This document shows, in pieces, positions 32,398 through 42,433 of a DNA stretch of 64,000 nt. Below the pieces are notes generated by a model. That model made no database searches and was not told where the DNA came from. It saw only the letters and a list, made by a program, of their open reading frames with translations. Position 1 is the stretch's first letter. Every line of letters begins with the position of its first letter. Both the position numbers and the translations under genes were made by a program. Origin of the DNA: Alphaproteobacteria bacterium. GTDB lineage: Bacteria; Pseudomonadota; Alphaproteobacteria; Rs-D84. Where the stretch lies: the NCBI GenBank assembly GCA_017472065.1, contig JAFURB010000004.1:17034-81033 (forward strand), read 5' to 3'.

Positions 32398-32763
32398 ATG
32401 AGACCAGAACAACTGAAATGGACAGATGAACAGTGGGCAGCGCACCTGGGGTGCGCTGCCACTGATGTTCCAGTACTAAAAAATTGGTTGGCTAAAAATT
32501 ATTATGCTGTAATTTTTCGACGCAAGAACTCTGGTAAGAGATATATCGAAATTGGGCGCCGGCATGACGCACCGTCAGGCGCAGTGCGTTTTACGCCGAT
32601 TGTATCAACTGAACCATGTGTTGCGACGCTGGACGAAATGGTAACGAAAGCTAATCAGCATGTTATACCTTCGTTGCAATTGACACGACTTTCAGCTGCG
32701 TTAAATATGGTTCCGCCAAAAACATTACAAATGTTGCACATTGAAAATCAAATACAACGATAG
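32398..32763 (+). CDS. Hypothetical protein
   Basis: Fills the gap between pnp and ybaB on the same strand. Confidence 0.65.
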   Translation: MRPEQLKWTDEQWAAHLGCAATDVPVLKNWLAKNYYAVIFRRKNSGKRYIEIGRRHDAPSGAVRFTPIVSTEPCVATLDEMVTKANQHVIPSLQLTRLSAALNMVPPKTLQMLHIENQIQR

Positions 32764-32781
32764 AACAGGGGGGGATACACA

Positions 32782-33081
32782 ATGGATATGGAATCTTTAA
32801 TGGCGCAGGCGGCAGAACTGCAAAACAAGGTTGCGGTGGCACAAGAAAACCTGGCCAAGACCGTTGTCAAAGGTATCGCCGCAAACGGCGCATGCATCGT
32901 TGACATGACCGGCAAATACGATTTGGTGAACATTGTTATTTGCCCAGATGTTTTATCATATGATGCGGATACGGTTGCAAAAATCGTTGCAGATGCATAT
33001 CGTGATGCAAAGCAAAAGGCCGACGAATTAATTGACCGCGTCATGGGCGAAGCCACCGCCGGTGTTCAATTGCCGATGTAA
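32782..33081 (+). CDS. ybaB: YbaB/EbfC nucleoid-associated protein
   Basis: LMAQAAELQ...VVKGIAANG; size and family pattern. Confidence 0.85.
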   Translation: MDMESLMAQAAELQNKVAVAQENLAKTVVKGIAANGACIVDMTGKYDLVNIVICPDVLSYDADTVAKIVADAYRDAKQKADELIDRVMGEATAGVQLPM

Positions 33082-33109
33082 AAAAATCCCCCAAACGGGG
33101 GATTTTTTT
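33080..33109. terminator. Bidirectional terminator
   Basis: AAAAAAATCCCCC-AAAC-GGGGGATTTTTTT. Confidence 0.85.
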
Positions 33110-33124
33110 CGTTTATCAACAATA

Positions 33125-33541
33125 TTATTTAACTGTTGTTGTTGCGTTACGATTCCATTTCCAAACTTCTTCGCCAGAACCCTGAACCAATGGACGTTCT
33201 TTGCCATAAGAAATCGTTGAAATACGTTTGGCATCAATACCATCGTTTACGATAACTTCTTTGGCAGCATTGGCACGTTTTGCACCCAATGCCAAGTTGT
33301 ATTCTGTTGAACCGCGTTCGTCGCAATTACCAGCAATCTGGATTTTGACATCTTCGTGGTTTTTCATATACAACGCCTGGCCCAACAGGTTGTTTTTCGC
33401 ATCTTCGGAAATTTCCGCAGAATTAAACGCAAAAAATACGCGTTGTTCGTTCAAATCAGCTGGTTCAACGATGCTGGAACCGCCACAGGCAGCCAACAGC
33501 CCCGCAACACCGGCCAAGATAGCAAAGTTTTTAATTTTCAT
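33125..33541 (-). CDS. pal: Peptidoglycan-associated lipoprotein
   Basis: Lipobox LAAC; GNCDERGSTEYNLALG; ISYGKERP. Confidence 0.93.
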   Translation of the reverse strand: MKIKNFAILAGVAGLLAACGGSSIVEPADLNEQRVFFAFNSAEISEDAKNNLLGQALYMKNHEDVKIQIAGNCDERGSTEYNLALGAKRANAAKEVIVNDGIDAKRISTISYGKERPLVQGSGEEVWKWNRNATTTVK

Positions 33542-33618
33542 GAAAATACTCCCTTGAGTTTCTGTTGCTCGTGTTCTATTCTATAACAAAAGTTACGAAA
33601 TATCAAGGAAAAACACAA

Positions 33619-34374
33619 ATGGAATATGACGGGTTACGCGAATTGTATCTGGCCGGCGTTCGTTGGGAAATTACGGATGTGCCACTGGTGCGTGCAAATA
33701 TTAAACAGGCCACACAACCGGCGCAAAACCCGGCATCTGCGGGTCGAACCGCAACATGCGTGGTGCCGCCAATTGCACCTGTGGCGCCGATATCTATTGA
33801 TACCGCCGTATCAATGGCGGCGCGCCCGGCGGATATCGATGCGCTTAATCGCATGATTGGTGAATTTAACCATCCGCTGCGTGCCAGCGCGACAAACACC
33901 GTCGGAATTCATGTCGCCACACAACCAAATGGTATGATTATTGTCACAGATATGCCGGGCGCAGACGATGACGCATCGGGCAAAATATTGACCGGCGCAT
34001 GTGGGGATTTGATGGATAAAATGCTGGCTGCGATTGGGATGGGACGCGAACATGTTTCAATTTTGCCAATGATATTCTGGCGGACACCAGGCGGACGCAC
34101 ACCATCACGCGAAGAAATTGATTTAGCCCAGCCATTTGTTAACCGCGCAATAGAATTGTTGAAACCACGGTTGATTTTAACACTGGGGACACTGCCCGCG
34201 ACCGAGTTAGCAGGGATAAACCTGGGACGGGCGCACGGCGTGCCGGCCGAAACAAAAAGCAATATTCCGGTCATGCCAATATACCATCCAAATTATCTGA
34301 TACTGAAACCTGCGGCAAAACGCGATGTGTGGAACGCGTTGCAAAATGTACAAAATTTGTTGAAAAGTGCGTAA
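33619..34374 (+). CDS. Uracil-DNA glycosylase family-4-like protein (divergent)
   Basis: LMDKMLAAIG, FWRTPGGRTPS, ILTLG and IYHPNYL motifs. Confidence 0.8.
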   Translation: MEYDGLRELYLAGVRWEITDVPLVRANIKQATQPAQNPASAGRTATCVVPPIAPVAPISIDTAVSMAARPADIDALNRMIGEFNHPLRASATNTVGIHVATQPNGMIIVTDMPGADDDASGKILTGACGDLMDKMLAAIGMGREHVSILPMIFWRTPGGRTPSREEIDLAQPFVNRAIELLKPRLILTLGTLPATELAGINLGRAHGVPAETKSNIPVMPIYHPNYLILKPAAKRDVWNALQNVQNLLKSA

Positions 34375-34417
34375 AAATAATTAATAATTCGCCCATAGTG
34401 TTACAAAGGAGCCTACT

Positions 34418-34975
34418 ATTAAACCAACATTAAATCGTGATAATCGCCGCGATGCCGGCCCACGTATAAATAATCGGATTTTTGCTAAATCCGTTCAGGT
34501 AATCAGCGCAGATGGCCAGAATCTGGGCATTATGCAGACCGCAGATGCAATCGCAATGGCGATGGATTTGGGGCTGGATTTGGTCGAAATGAACGCAAAC
34601 GGTCCAACACCAATCGCAAAAATTATGGACTATGGCAAATTCAAGTATGAACAGAAAAAGCGCGCGTCCGAGGCCAAGAAAAATCAAAAAACCACAGAAA
34701 TGAAGGAAGTTTGGGTCAAACCTTTTATCGAAGAAAATGACCTGAACATCAAAATGAAAAAGGTTCTGGAATTCTTGGGCGACGGGAATAAAGTTAAAAT
34801 TGCTGTTATGACCAAGGGGTCTAAAAAAGTTTTGGCCCGCGGTAAGGATGCAGTACCAGAATTGTTCGCGCGAATTTTAGAAATCGTTGGTGAACGCGGG
34901 ACATTGGAATCAAAATCAAAGCCCGACGAACGAACAAAATCTATTATTGTTGCGCCCGCAAAGGCAGGCAAATAG
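34418..34975 (+). CDS. infC: Translation initiation factor IF-3, ATT start codon
   Basis: RBS AAGGAG then an in-frame ATT at 34418; PRINNRI and [11 protein letters not shown] motifs. Confidence 0.92.
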   Translation: MKPTLNRDNRRDAGPRINNRIFAKSVQVISADGQNLGIMQTADAIAMAMDLGLDLVEMNANGPTPIAKIMDYGKFKYEQKKRASEAKKNQKTTEMKEVWVKPFIEENDLNIKMKKVLEFLGDGNKVKIAVMTKGSKKVLARGKDAVPELFARILEIVGERGTLESKSKPDERTKSIIVAPAKAGK

Positions 34976-35025
34976 AATTGATAAAAAAACTGGCAGTGCC
35001 AGTTTTTTTGTTCTATAATCGGCGC

Positions 35026-36069
35026 ATGTCTAAGATATTATCATTTTTATTTGGCCCAAAAGCCGCGAAAACGACGGCTGGGGCGTTGGCTGAAAAATTC
35101 GGCCTGAAATTACAAGGGGATAAAAACGCACCAGTGCGTGGGGTGGCACCGATTGCAGATGCACGCGCAGGGCAACTGGCGTTCTATTCTACGGAAAGAA
35201 ACAGTGCGGCGTTCAAAATCCTGCCGATAGAGGTGTTAAAAAACACACGCGCAACGGTGATTTTGTTGCAACCGGATCAGGTCAAAGATGCACCAAAGGG
35301 CGCAACATTACTGATTACAGACAGTCCGCGTGGAAATATTGTAAAAATATTAGGGGAAATTTATCGCGAAAAACCACGTTTTGGTGTTCATCGCAATGCA
35401 GATGTTGCACGCGGTGTATTTTTCCGCAAAAAGCGCACTGTATATGTGGGACAGTTCGCAACAATCGAACGCGGCGCGGTTATTGAGCCTGATGTTAAAA
35501 TTTACCCAAATGCTTTTATTGGGCGCAATGTTGTTCTGGGGCGTGGCACAGTTGTTCAAACCGGCGCACATATCGAAAATGCAACGATTGGCGCAGATTG
35601 CGTTATCAACGCAAATGCGGTTATCGGCAAAGATGGTTTTGGTTACACCCGCCAAAATGGCAAAAATGTATTTATTCCACATGTGGGACGCGTTGTTATT
35701 GGTGACCGCGTATCAATTGGTGCAAACACATGTGTTGATCGTGGCGCAATGACAGATACACGCATCGGCAATGGAACCAAGGTTGATAACCTGTGCCAGA
35801 TTGCACACGGTGTTGTTATTGGCGAAGAATGTTTTATCGCGTCGGGTGCTGGCCTGGCGGGCGGGGTTGTTGTTGGCGACCGCGCGTTGTTGGGGGGGCA
35901 TGTCGGTATTGCCAATGGGGTTAAGATTGGCAACGACGCATCCGTTGGCGCGAACAGTGGTGTTTTCAGAAATATTCCAGACGGTCAATCACATATGGGG
36001 TATCCAGCAGGTCCGGGGACTGAATTTATGCGCCATTATGCTTGGTTAAAAAAACACTCTAAACAGTAA
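35026..36069 (+). CDS. lpxD: UDP-3-O-acylglucosamine N-acyltransferase
   Basis: Hexapeptide repeats; [19 protein letters not shown] and [10 protein letters not shown] motifs. Confidence 0.93.
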   Translation: MSKILSFLFGPKAAKTTAGALAEKFGLKLQGDKNAPVRGVAPIADARAGQLAFYSTERNSAAFKILPIEVLKNTRATVILLQPDQVKDAPKGATLLITDSPRGNIVKILGEIYREKPRFGVHRNADVARGVFFRKKRTVYVGQFATIERGAVIEPDVKIYPNAFIGRNVVLGRGTVVQTGAHIENATIGADCVINANAVIGKDGFGYTRQNGKNVFIPHVGRVVIGDRVSIGANTCVDRGAMTDTRIGNGTKVDNLCQIAHGVVIGEECFIASGAGLAGGVVVGDRALLGGHVGIANGVKIGNDASVGANSGVFRNIPDGQSHMGYPAGPGTEFMRHYAWLKKHSKQ

Positions 36070-36088
36070 GGCAAAAGGGGACATAAAC

Positions 36089-36529
36089 ATGATTGATGCA
36101 AAAGGTATCGAGGCCATAATTCCACATCGTGGAAACATGCGATTGGTTGATGAAATTCGTGAATATTCAGACACATCGGCGGTTGGTATAAAATATGTTC
36201 GTGATGACGAATTTTGGTGCGCGGGACATTTTCCAGACAAACCAATTATGCCCGGTGTTCTGCAGGTCGAAGCGTTGGCACAAACCGCATGCTTTGTCGC
36301 GTTTAATCGCATGGACCCGAATGAGGCCGCACAAACATTGGGATATTTTACCACAATGGAAAAGATTAAATTTTCACATATGGTACACCCGGGTGACAAA
36401 CTGGAATTACATGTCGAATTGTTAATGAGCAAAATGAAACTGTACAAATTCCACGGCATTGCAATGGTGTCTGGCAAAAAGGTAGCCGAGGCAACATTTA
36501 CAGCCGTTCTGCAACATCGTGATTTGTAA
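36089..36529 (+). CDS. fabZ: 3-hydroxyacyl-ACP dehydratase
   Basis: IPHR and GHFPDKPIMPGVLQVEALAQ. Confidence 0.95.
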   Translation: MIDAKGIEAIIPHRGNMRLVDEIREYSDTSAVGIKYVRDDEFWCAGHFPDKPIMPGVLQVEALAQTACFVAFNRMDPNEAAQTLGYFTTMEKIKFSHMVHPGDKLELHVELLMSKMKLYKFHGIAMVSGKKVAEATFTAVLQHRDL

Positions 36530-36552
36530 AAATCCCGCGAAATGCGGGATTT

Positions 36553-36831
36553 TTAATTGCCAAACAGTTTGATACCAATATTATCAAATTCGGGTGGATA
36601 TCCCAATCGTGCGGCCAATTCAAAGAAATGATACACCGGTATGGCCAGGGTACCTTGTTCGTACGCAGTGATAAATTCTGGGGCCGTGTGCAACATTTGG
36701 GCAATTTGTTCCACAGATAAATTTCGGTCACATCGCACAGATTTTATTACATCCCCCAGATATTCATAAAAATCTTGTGTTCCGTCTGGGATTATAAATT
36801 CCAGTGGTAATTGTTTTACATCTATTGTCAT
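36553..36831 (-). CDS. XRE-family HTH protein
   Basis: LGDVIKSVRCDRNLSVEQIAQML...ITAYEQG; RBS GGGGGGA. Confidence 0.8.
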   Translation of the reverse strand: MTIDVKQLPLEFIIPDGTQDFYEYLGDVIKSVRCDRNLSVEQIAQMLHTAPEFITAYEQGTLAIPVYHFFELAARLGYPPEFDNIGIKLFGN

Positions 36832-36847
36832 TTGTCCCCCCGTTGTC

Positions 36848-37036
36848 AAAAAAAATACCACCTAATAAAATTAAGTGGTTGGAGAGTAACAAACTATAGT
36901 AAGCATAGTCGGTGTATTCAATATATTTCACACGTCTCCAACCATTTGTTGTTGGAGATTTTTACGTTCCAAATATATTGGAACAACTTACTATGGGTTC
37001 GTTACCACCCATACTGACAAAATCATCAGTACAATG
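36848..37036 (-). ncRNA. c4-like antisense RNA/attenuator leader, copy 1
   Basis: Promoter TTGTAT-N16-TATAAT (37039-37066); a series of hairpins; antisense segments GTAACGA and ATAGTAAG complementary to downstream CTTACTAT-AGT-TTGTTAC; terminator ACCAC..GTGGT followed by a T run. Confidence 0.7.
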
Positions 37037-37090
37037 GGATTATATACCATATTTATGAAAATACAAATAGGATTTTTTGCTTATATAAAT

Positions 37091-37125
37091 AATAGAATCC
37101 ACAATTGCACTCTGAACTTTGAAAA
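37091..37125 (-). repeat. Solo end of the heptamer element
   Basis: Reverse complement TTTTCAAAGTTCAGAGTGCAATTGTGGATTCTATT matches 56959-57007 apart from two missing heptamer units. Confidence 0.8.
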
Positions 37126-37149
37126 CAATCCCGCGAAATGCGGGATTTT

Positions 37150-37743
37150 TTACAAACATGCAAATGCGGCGGCGTTATTCTTTAACACAAACCAGCCCAT
37201 ACGATAATCTGTTGCATATACGGTTACCAAGAACATCGCAATTATCCCAATTACCAATATAACATTTGATCGTTTGCCACGCATCGCATACAGCGAAATG
37301 TTATAAAACAAAAACAGTATATACGCATCAACCAACATACTGATGACCCATAATGACACGCAATTAAATGCCAGCGCATTTACCCCCAATATCACAGGAT
37401 ACATGAAAAATACAGATGCCAATGCCTTAATCGCGATTTCCCAGTCGCGTTCACCACCGGTTATTTCAGATACCAACATCAACAGTCCGCCCATAACAAA
37501 CAGTATTCCAACCGCCATTACCGGGGTTATAATTAACGCATTGAACAATGCACCAACCGTGAACGATGCACCGGTTAGCATATTAATACCAAATACCAAC
37601 ACGCCCCCCAGCAATCCCCACAGGAACGCTTTGAACATGGCTTCTTCCATATTTCCATCGGCAACAATTTTTGTAAAATAACGGCGCGGATTTATAACAA
37701 TATCACGTACATGTTTTATGGCGCGCTTTAATTTCTTTATCAT
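37150..37743 (-). CDS. Yip1-domain membrane protein
   Basis: IVINPRRYF followed by about five TM helices. Confidence 0.7.
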   Translation of the reverse strand: MIKKLKRAIKHVRDIVINPRRYFTKIVADGNMEEAMFKAFLWGLLGGVLVFGINMLTGASFTVGALFNALIITPVMAVGILFVMGGLLMLVSEITGGERDWEIAIKALASVFFMYPVILGVNALAFNCVSLWVISMLVDAYILFLFYNISLYAMRGKRSNVILVIGIIAMFLVTVYATDYRMGWFVLKNNAAAFACL

Positions 37744-37810
37744 TTTATTCCCCCAGATTTGATTATTTATATTTTTGCTTTATAATTACAAAAAATCAAC
37801 GGAAAAAGTG

Positions 37811-39148
37811 ATGATGAAAATAACTATTGCAGGACGACCAAATACAGGCAAGTCCACACTATTTAACGCACTGACGGGTACACGGGATGCATTGGTGCAT
37901 GACCGCCCAGGTGTTACACGCGACACAATTGGTGGCGTTTTTGCCGACCGACCATATCAATTGATGGATACAGCAGGCTTAGAAAACGCGAAAAATGGAA
38001 TCGCATTGGATTCTACGAATATGGCAATTGATGCAATTGTTCAGGCCGATGCAGTTCTGTTCGTGGTTGATGGGCGCGTAGGATTGACAAACGAAGATTT
38101 GGATTGGGCGCGATTGGTTCGACGCAAGACAAAGGCACCGGTATTATTACTGGTAAATAAATCCGAATCTGGAAAACGCATGGCGGATGTGCATGATTTC
38201 TATAAACTGGGGTTCGGGGAACCACAATTGATTTCAGCCGAACACAAACGCGGATTTGATGCAATTTATGATTTCCTGGATAAAATAGCAGGCGACGATA
38301 GCATTGATGAACCGGCCCCAGAAAAGCAAGCCGACACACGCGTAAAAATCGCAATTATGGGTCAGCCTAATGTTGGAAAATCAACACTGGTTAATCGCGT
38401 ATTAGGAACCACACGACAAATCGTTATGGATGCACCGGGAATTACACGCGACACGGTTAAAATCCCAACTAAGTTTTATGGTCGTGATATTGTTTTGATG
38501 GATACAGCCGGTCTGCGCCGCAAGGCAGGTGTCAAAGACGATGTTGAGACATTGTCAGCACTGAAATCACTGGATGCGATTGGCAAGGCAGATGTTGTCA
38601 TACTGGTCGTGGATGCCACCAAGAATATTGAAAACCAGGCACTGGGGATTGCAGGACGTGTTTATGATGCCGGCAAAATACTGTGCGTGGCATTGAATAA
38701 ATGGGATCTGGTTGATGCGGCGGAACGCGATGAAAAATTACTAAAATTAAAGCATCAGTTTTCAAATTCTTTTCATCAAATTATCAAACCGTTAATCCTG
38801 GCTATTTCTGCAGAAACAGGTATGGGGGTTCAAAACCTGTTCAAACGCGTGTATGAACAGTGGGACATTTCATCTTCGACATCACCAACCAGTCTGATTA
38901 ACCGTATTGTCGAAAAACTGGTTGCAGAACGTCAACCACCAATGTCGCGACTGAAACGACCAATGAAATTAAAGTTTGCACGCCAGACGGGCCGTCATCC
39001 AATGCGTATAACAATTAATGTTGGTGGCGCATCGGATATTCCAGAATCATATACGCGATATCTGCGACGCGGTATCGCAACGGCGTTAAAATGGGAACAC
39101 TTGCCCATTGTAATTGAATATAAAAAGGCAGATAATCCATTTGACTGA
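37811..39148 (+). CDS. der: Ribosome biogenesis GTPase Der
   Basis: Two G domains (GRPNTGKS, GQPNVGKS, DTAG twice); C-terminal KH-like YTRYL. Confidence 0.95.
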   Translation: MMKITIAGRPNTGKSTLFNALTGTRDALVHDRPGVTRDTIGGVFADRPYQLMDTAGLENAKNGIALDSTNMAIDAIVQADAVLFVVDGRVGLTNEDLDWARLVRRKTKAPVLLLVNKSESGKRMADVHDFYKLGFGEPQLISAEHKRGFDAIYDFLDKIAGDDSIDEPAPEKQADTRVKIAIMGQPNVGKSTLVNRVLGTTRQIVMDAPGITRDTVKIPTKFYGRDIVLMDTAGLRRKAGVKDDVETLSALKSLDAIGKADVVILVVDATKNIENQALGIAGRVYDAGKILCVALNKWDLVDAAERDEKLLKLKHQFSNSFHQIIKPLILAISAETGMGVQNLFKRVYEQWDISSSTSPTSLINRIVEKLVAERQPPMSRLKRPMKLKFARQTGRHPMRITINVGGASDIPESYTRYLRRGIATALKWEHLPIVIEYKKADNPFD

Positions 39149-39155
39149 CATTGGT

Positions 39156-39185
39156 AAAAAACACTGGCAAATGCCAGTGTTTTTT
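39156..39185. terminator. Terminator (ACACYGGCA family)
   Basis: AAAAAACACTGGCA-AA-TGCCAGTGTTTTTT. Confidence 0.85.
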
Positions 39186-39237
39186 ATTTGATAATACAGT
39201 ATATATTTCCTAGAATTACCTGTAAGAACAAAGGAAG

Positions 39238-40326
39238 ATGGAAATGAAAATCTATGAACAGACAGAACTGGATTTCAAAGATGTGTTAATCAAACCAAAA
39301 CGGTCTTATATTAATTCTAGATCTGAAACAGATGTTACTCGCGAATACAAGTTCAAATGGTGTCCACGCAAAATTATTGGTACCGGCGTTATCACGGCAA
39401 ATATGGCGACCGTTGGGACATTTGAAATCGCAAAACATATGATGCAAAACAAGATGTTTTGTTGTCTGCACAAACATTATTCATTGGATGAATTGATTAA
39501 ATTTATCACTGAAAATGATTGCAGCGAATATGTGTTCTTGTCAATGGGGCTGCGTGATGACGATATCGAAAAAATATATACGATTTTGGACCAATATCCT
39601 GATAAATGTCGCAATATATGTATTGATGTTCCAAATGCATATATTCCACGCGTCAAAGAACTGGTGATTCGCATGCGACAAAAATATCCAGATATTTTGT
39701 TAATGGTGGGTAATGCGGTTACAGCAGAACTGGTCGAAGATTTAATATTATCCGGGGCTGATATTATCAAATGCGGCATCGGCAGTGGCAGTGCATGTAC
39801 CACCCGTCGCATGACTGGTGTTGGTCGGCCACAGTTATCAACAATATTCGAATGTGCCGATGTGGCGCACGGCATTGGCGGTATGATTTGTTCCGATGGT
39901 GGAATCGTACATATCGGCGATGTTGCCAAGGCATTTGGTGCCGGTGCAGACTTTGTGATGATGGGTGGATTCTTTGCCGGATGCCTCGAAGCCGCCGGTG
40001 ATATTATCACGAAAAAATTCCAAGTAAATCAAATCGATGAAAATGGCGAATTTTTAATCGAAACAAAACAGTTCAAGGTATTCTATGGCATGTCGTCTGA
40101 ATATGCCCAGAAAACCCACTATTGCGGAATGCCGTCATATCGTGCCAGCGAAGGCAGATTTGTAGAAGTTCCATTAAAGCCATCAATCGACCGGCTTTTA
40201 CAGGATATTTTGGGAGGTCTGCGGTCATGCATGACATATATCGGTGCGCGCCGGTTGAAAGACATTTCAAAATGCACAACATTTTATCGCGTGAACACAC
40301 AACTAAATACTGTGTTTGAAAAGTGA
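39238..40326 (+). CDS. guaC: GMP reductase
   Basis: LDFKDVLIKPKRS, GIGSGSACTTR, FYGMSS, YRASEG and GGLRSCMTYIGA; no CBS domains. Confidence 0.9.
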   Translation: MEMKIYEQTELDFKDVLIKPKRSYINSRSETDVTREYKFKWCPRKIIGTGVITANMATVGTFEIAKHMMQNKMFCCLHKHYSLDELIKFITENDCSEYVFLSMGLRDDDIEKIYTILDQYPDKCRNICIDVPNAYIPRVKELVIRMRQKYPDILLMVGNAVTAELVEDLILSGADIIKCGIGSGSACTTRRMTGVGRPQLSTIFECADVAHGIGGMICSDGGIVHIGDVAKAFGAGADFVMMGGFFAGCLEAAGDIITKKFQVNQIDENGEFLIETKQFKVFYGMSSEYAQKTHYCGMPSYRASEGRFVEVPLKPSIDRLLQDILGGLRSCMTYIGARRLKDISKCTTFYRVNTQLNTVFEK

Positions 40327-40327
40327 T

Positions 40328-40357
40328 AAAAAACACCGGCAAATGCCGGTGTTTTTT
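40328..40357. terminator. Bidirectional terminator (ACACCGGCA family)
   Basis: AAAAAACACCGGCA-AA-TGCCGGTGTTTTTT. Confidence 0.85.
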
Positions 40358-41573
40358 ATTCATATCTTAAACTGTCGATTGGGTTTAATTTTGCAGCCTT
40401 CATCGCAGGCATAACACCCGATGACAGCCCCACAATAACCGCAACAGATACCGATAATACAACCGGCCATATGCTGAACGGGACATTATATCCCAGAATC
40501 CCACGACCAACACCCTGGGCCAGCCCTACCCCAAGAATCAAACCAATCATAGACCCCAGGAACGATATCATTATCGATTCTGCAAGAAACTGAATAATAA
40601 TATGACGTTCACGGGCGCCGATGGCCTTGCGTATGCCGATTTCGCGTGTGCGTTCCGCAACCGATACCAACATCATGTTCATAATGCCAATCGCACCAAC
40701 CAATAATGATACCGCTGCAATCGCAATCAGCAATAATTTCAAATAACCCGTTACTGTGTTCATGGTTTCCATAATCTGTTTCATGTCCATGATTTGAAAG
40801 TCATCAACAACATCGTCTTTTAATTTGTGCCGTTGACGCAACAGGGTTGTTATCTGTTCAATTGCCAATGCATTGTCGGATTCTGGATACAATTTTAACG
40901 CAATCATATTTACCGAATTTGGAAATCTCGATCCCTGAAGACGCTTTTTCAGTGTTGTAATTGGAACAATTACCATGTCATCTTGGCTGCCCATGGCGGA
41001 ATCACCCTTGGCCTTTGTAACACCGATGATTGTAACGGGGGTGTTTTGGATACGAATAACTTCGCCCACTGGGTTTTGTGGCAACCCCAGTTCTTCGGCG
41101 GTTTCTGGGCCAACAACCGCATATGTTGATGCGTTGCGTACCGCCGACATATCAAAAAATGTACCGTATTCTATTTCAATGTTTTGAACCGTGGTATAGT
41201 CTGGATACACACCCATCATTGATGTCCCCCAGTTTTTATTACCATAAATTACCTGGGCAGATCCGGGTTGAACCGGCGTAATCGCCATGACATCGGGCAA
41301 TTTTGCAATAAACTGGGCATCGTCAATTGTTAATGTTTGACGGTTTCCCGTACGCACACCGGCACTTTGCGCCGCGCCGGCACGAATCATAATCGTATTT
41401 GTGCCAAGGGATGAAAACTGGTCCGTGATTTGATGTTGAACCGTTTCACCAACAGCAACCATAATAACCACCGCCATAACACCGATAATAATCCCCAATA
41501 CTGTCAAAAAAGAACGGATTTTGTTACCGCTGATGGAAAGCCACGATTCTTTTAGAATATCATTAATACTCAT
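40356..41573 (-). CDS. MacB/FtsX-family ABC transporter permease
   Basis: RSFLTVLGIIIG, GIMNMMLVSVAERTREIGIRKAIGA and PIDSLRYE. Confidence 0.92.
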   Translation of the reverse strand: MSINDILKESWLSISGNKIRSFLTVLGIIIGVMAVVIMVAVGETVQHQITDQFSSLGTNTIMIRAGAAQSAGVRTGNRQTLTIDDAQFIAKLPDVMAITPVQPGSAQVIYGNKNWGTSMMGVYPDYTTVQNIEIEYGTFFDMSAVRNASTYAVVGPETAEELGLPQNPVGEVIRIQNTPVTIIGVTKAKGDSAMGSQDDMVIVPITTLKKRLQGSRFPNSVNMIALKLYPESDNALAIEQITTLLRQRHKLKDDVVDDFQIMDMKQIMETMNTVTGYLKLLLIAIAAVSLLVGAIGIMNMMLVSVAERTREIGIRKAIGARERHIIIQFLAESIMISFLGSMIGLILGVGLAQGVGRGILGYNVPFSIWPVVLSVSVAVIVGLSSGVMPAMKAAKLNPIDSLRYE

Positions 41574-41598
41574 GTTTTATGCCCCCTGCCCCGTGTGT

Positions 41599-42321
41599 TT
41601 ATAAATTATCATCGTTTTTCGGTATTTTGCCGTCATAGTTTATTTTACCATCGCGAATATGAATCAGTCTGTTGGCGTATTTTGCAATATCAAATTCATG
41701 GGTAATCATTACAATTGTAATCCCCAGATCATGATTTAATTCTTTGAAGAACTTTAATATCTCGTTCCCCATTTTACTGTCTAATGCACCAGTGGGTTCG
41801 TCGGCCAATATCAATTTAGGTTCGCCCGCCAATGCGCGCGCAATGGCAACGCGTTGTTTCATACCACCTGACAATTGTGTCGGCAAATAAGATTCAAACT
41901 TTTCCAATCCCACACGTCGCAGCATTTCACGCGCACGACGCTGACGTTCTTCGCGGGTCATGCCACGATACATTAACGGCAGCATAACATTGTCCAGTAC
42001 ACTGCGTTTTGGCAACAAATTAAACTGCTGAAAAACAAAGCCAATGTATTCATTGCGAACCAGTGCCAGTTCATCTGTTGTTAAACCCGTCACATCATTT
42101 CCGTACAGTTCATAAACACCACTGGTCGGTGTATCAAGCGCACCAATAATATTCATACATGTCGATTTGCCCGACCCAGACGGCCCCATAATCGCAACAA
42201 ATTCCCCAGATTTTACAGTAAAATTTATATCAAATAAAACCTGCTGTTCACCGCCCAGTTCCAGTGGAAAACTTTTATTGATGTGTTTTAGCGAAATTAT
42301 TATCTCGGACGATTTTTTCAT
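41599..42321 (-). CDS. ABC transporter ATP-binding protein (MacB/LolD-like)
   Basis: [23 protein letters not shown] and ADEPTGALD. Confidence 0.93.
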   Translation of the reverse strand: MKKSSEIIISLKHINKSFPLELGGEQQVLFDINFTVKSGEFVAIMGPSGSGKSTCMNIIGALDTPTSGVYELYGNDVTGLTTDELALVRNEYIGFVFQQFNLLPKRSVLDNVMLPLMYRGMTREERQRRAREMLRRVGLEKFESYLPTQLSGGMKQRVAIARALAGEPKLILADEPTGALDSKMGNEILKFFKELNHDLGITIVMITHEFDIAKYANRLIHIRDGKINYDGKIPKNDDNL

Positions 42322-42433
42322 AACTCTCTTTCCCTGTATTTCCCGGATATTATACCATAAAAAATAAATACAAATAAATTGATTTATATTCAATATTGAC
42401 AAAACATGATTTAGTGGTATTATAATTTGCATC

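Larger units (their letters stand above)
36531..37150. repeat. 24-bp perfect direct repeat (terminator hairpin) flanking an accessory cassette
   Basis: AATCCCGCGAAATGCGGGATTTTT at 36531-36554 and at 37127-37150. Confidence 0.85.

Noticed and set aside
30630-32445. Long minus-strand ORFs opposite pnp (also those opposite surA, rlmN and metG)
   Set aside because: Shadow ORFs fully overlapping well-supported genes
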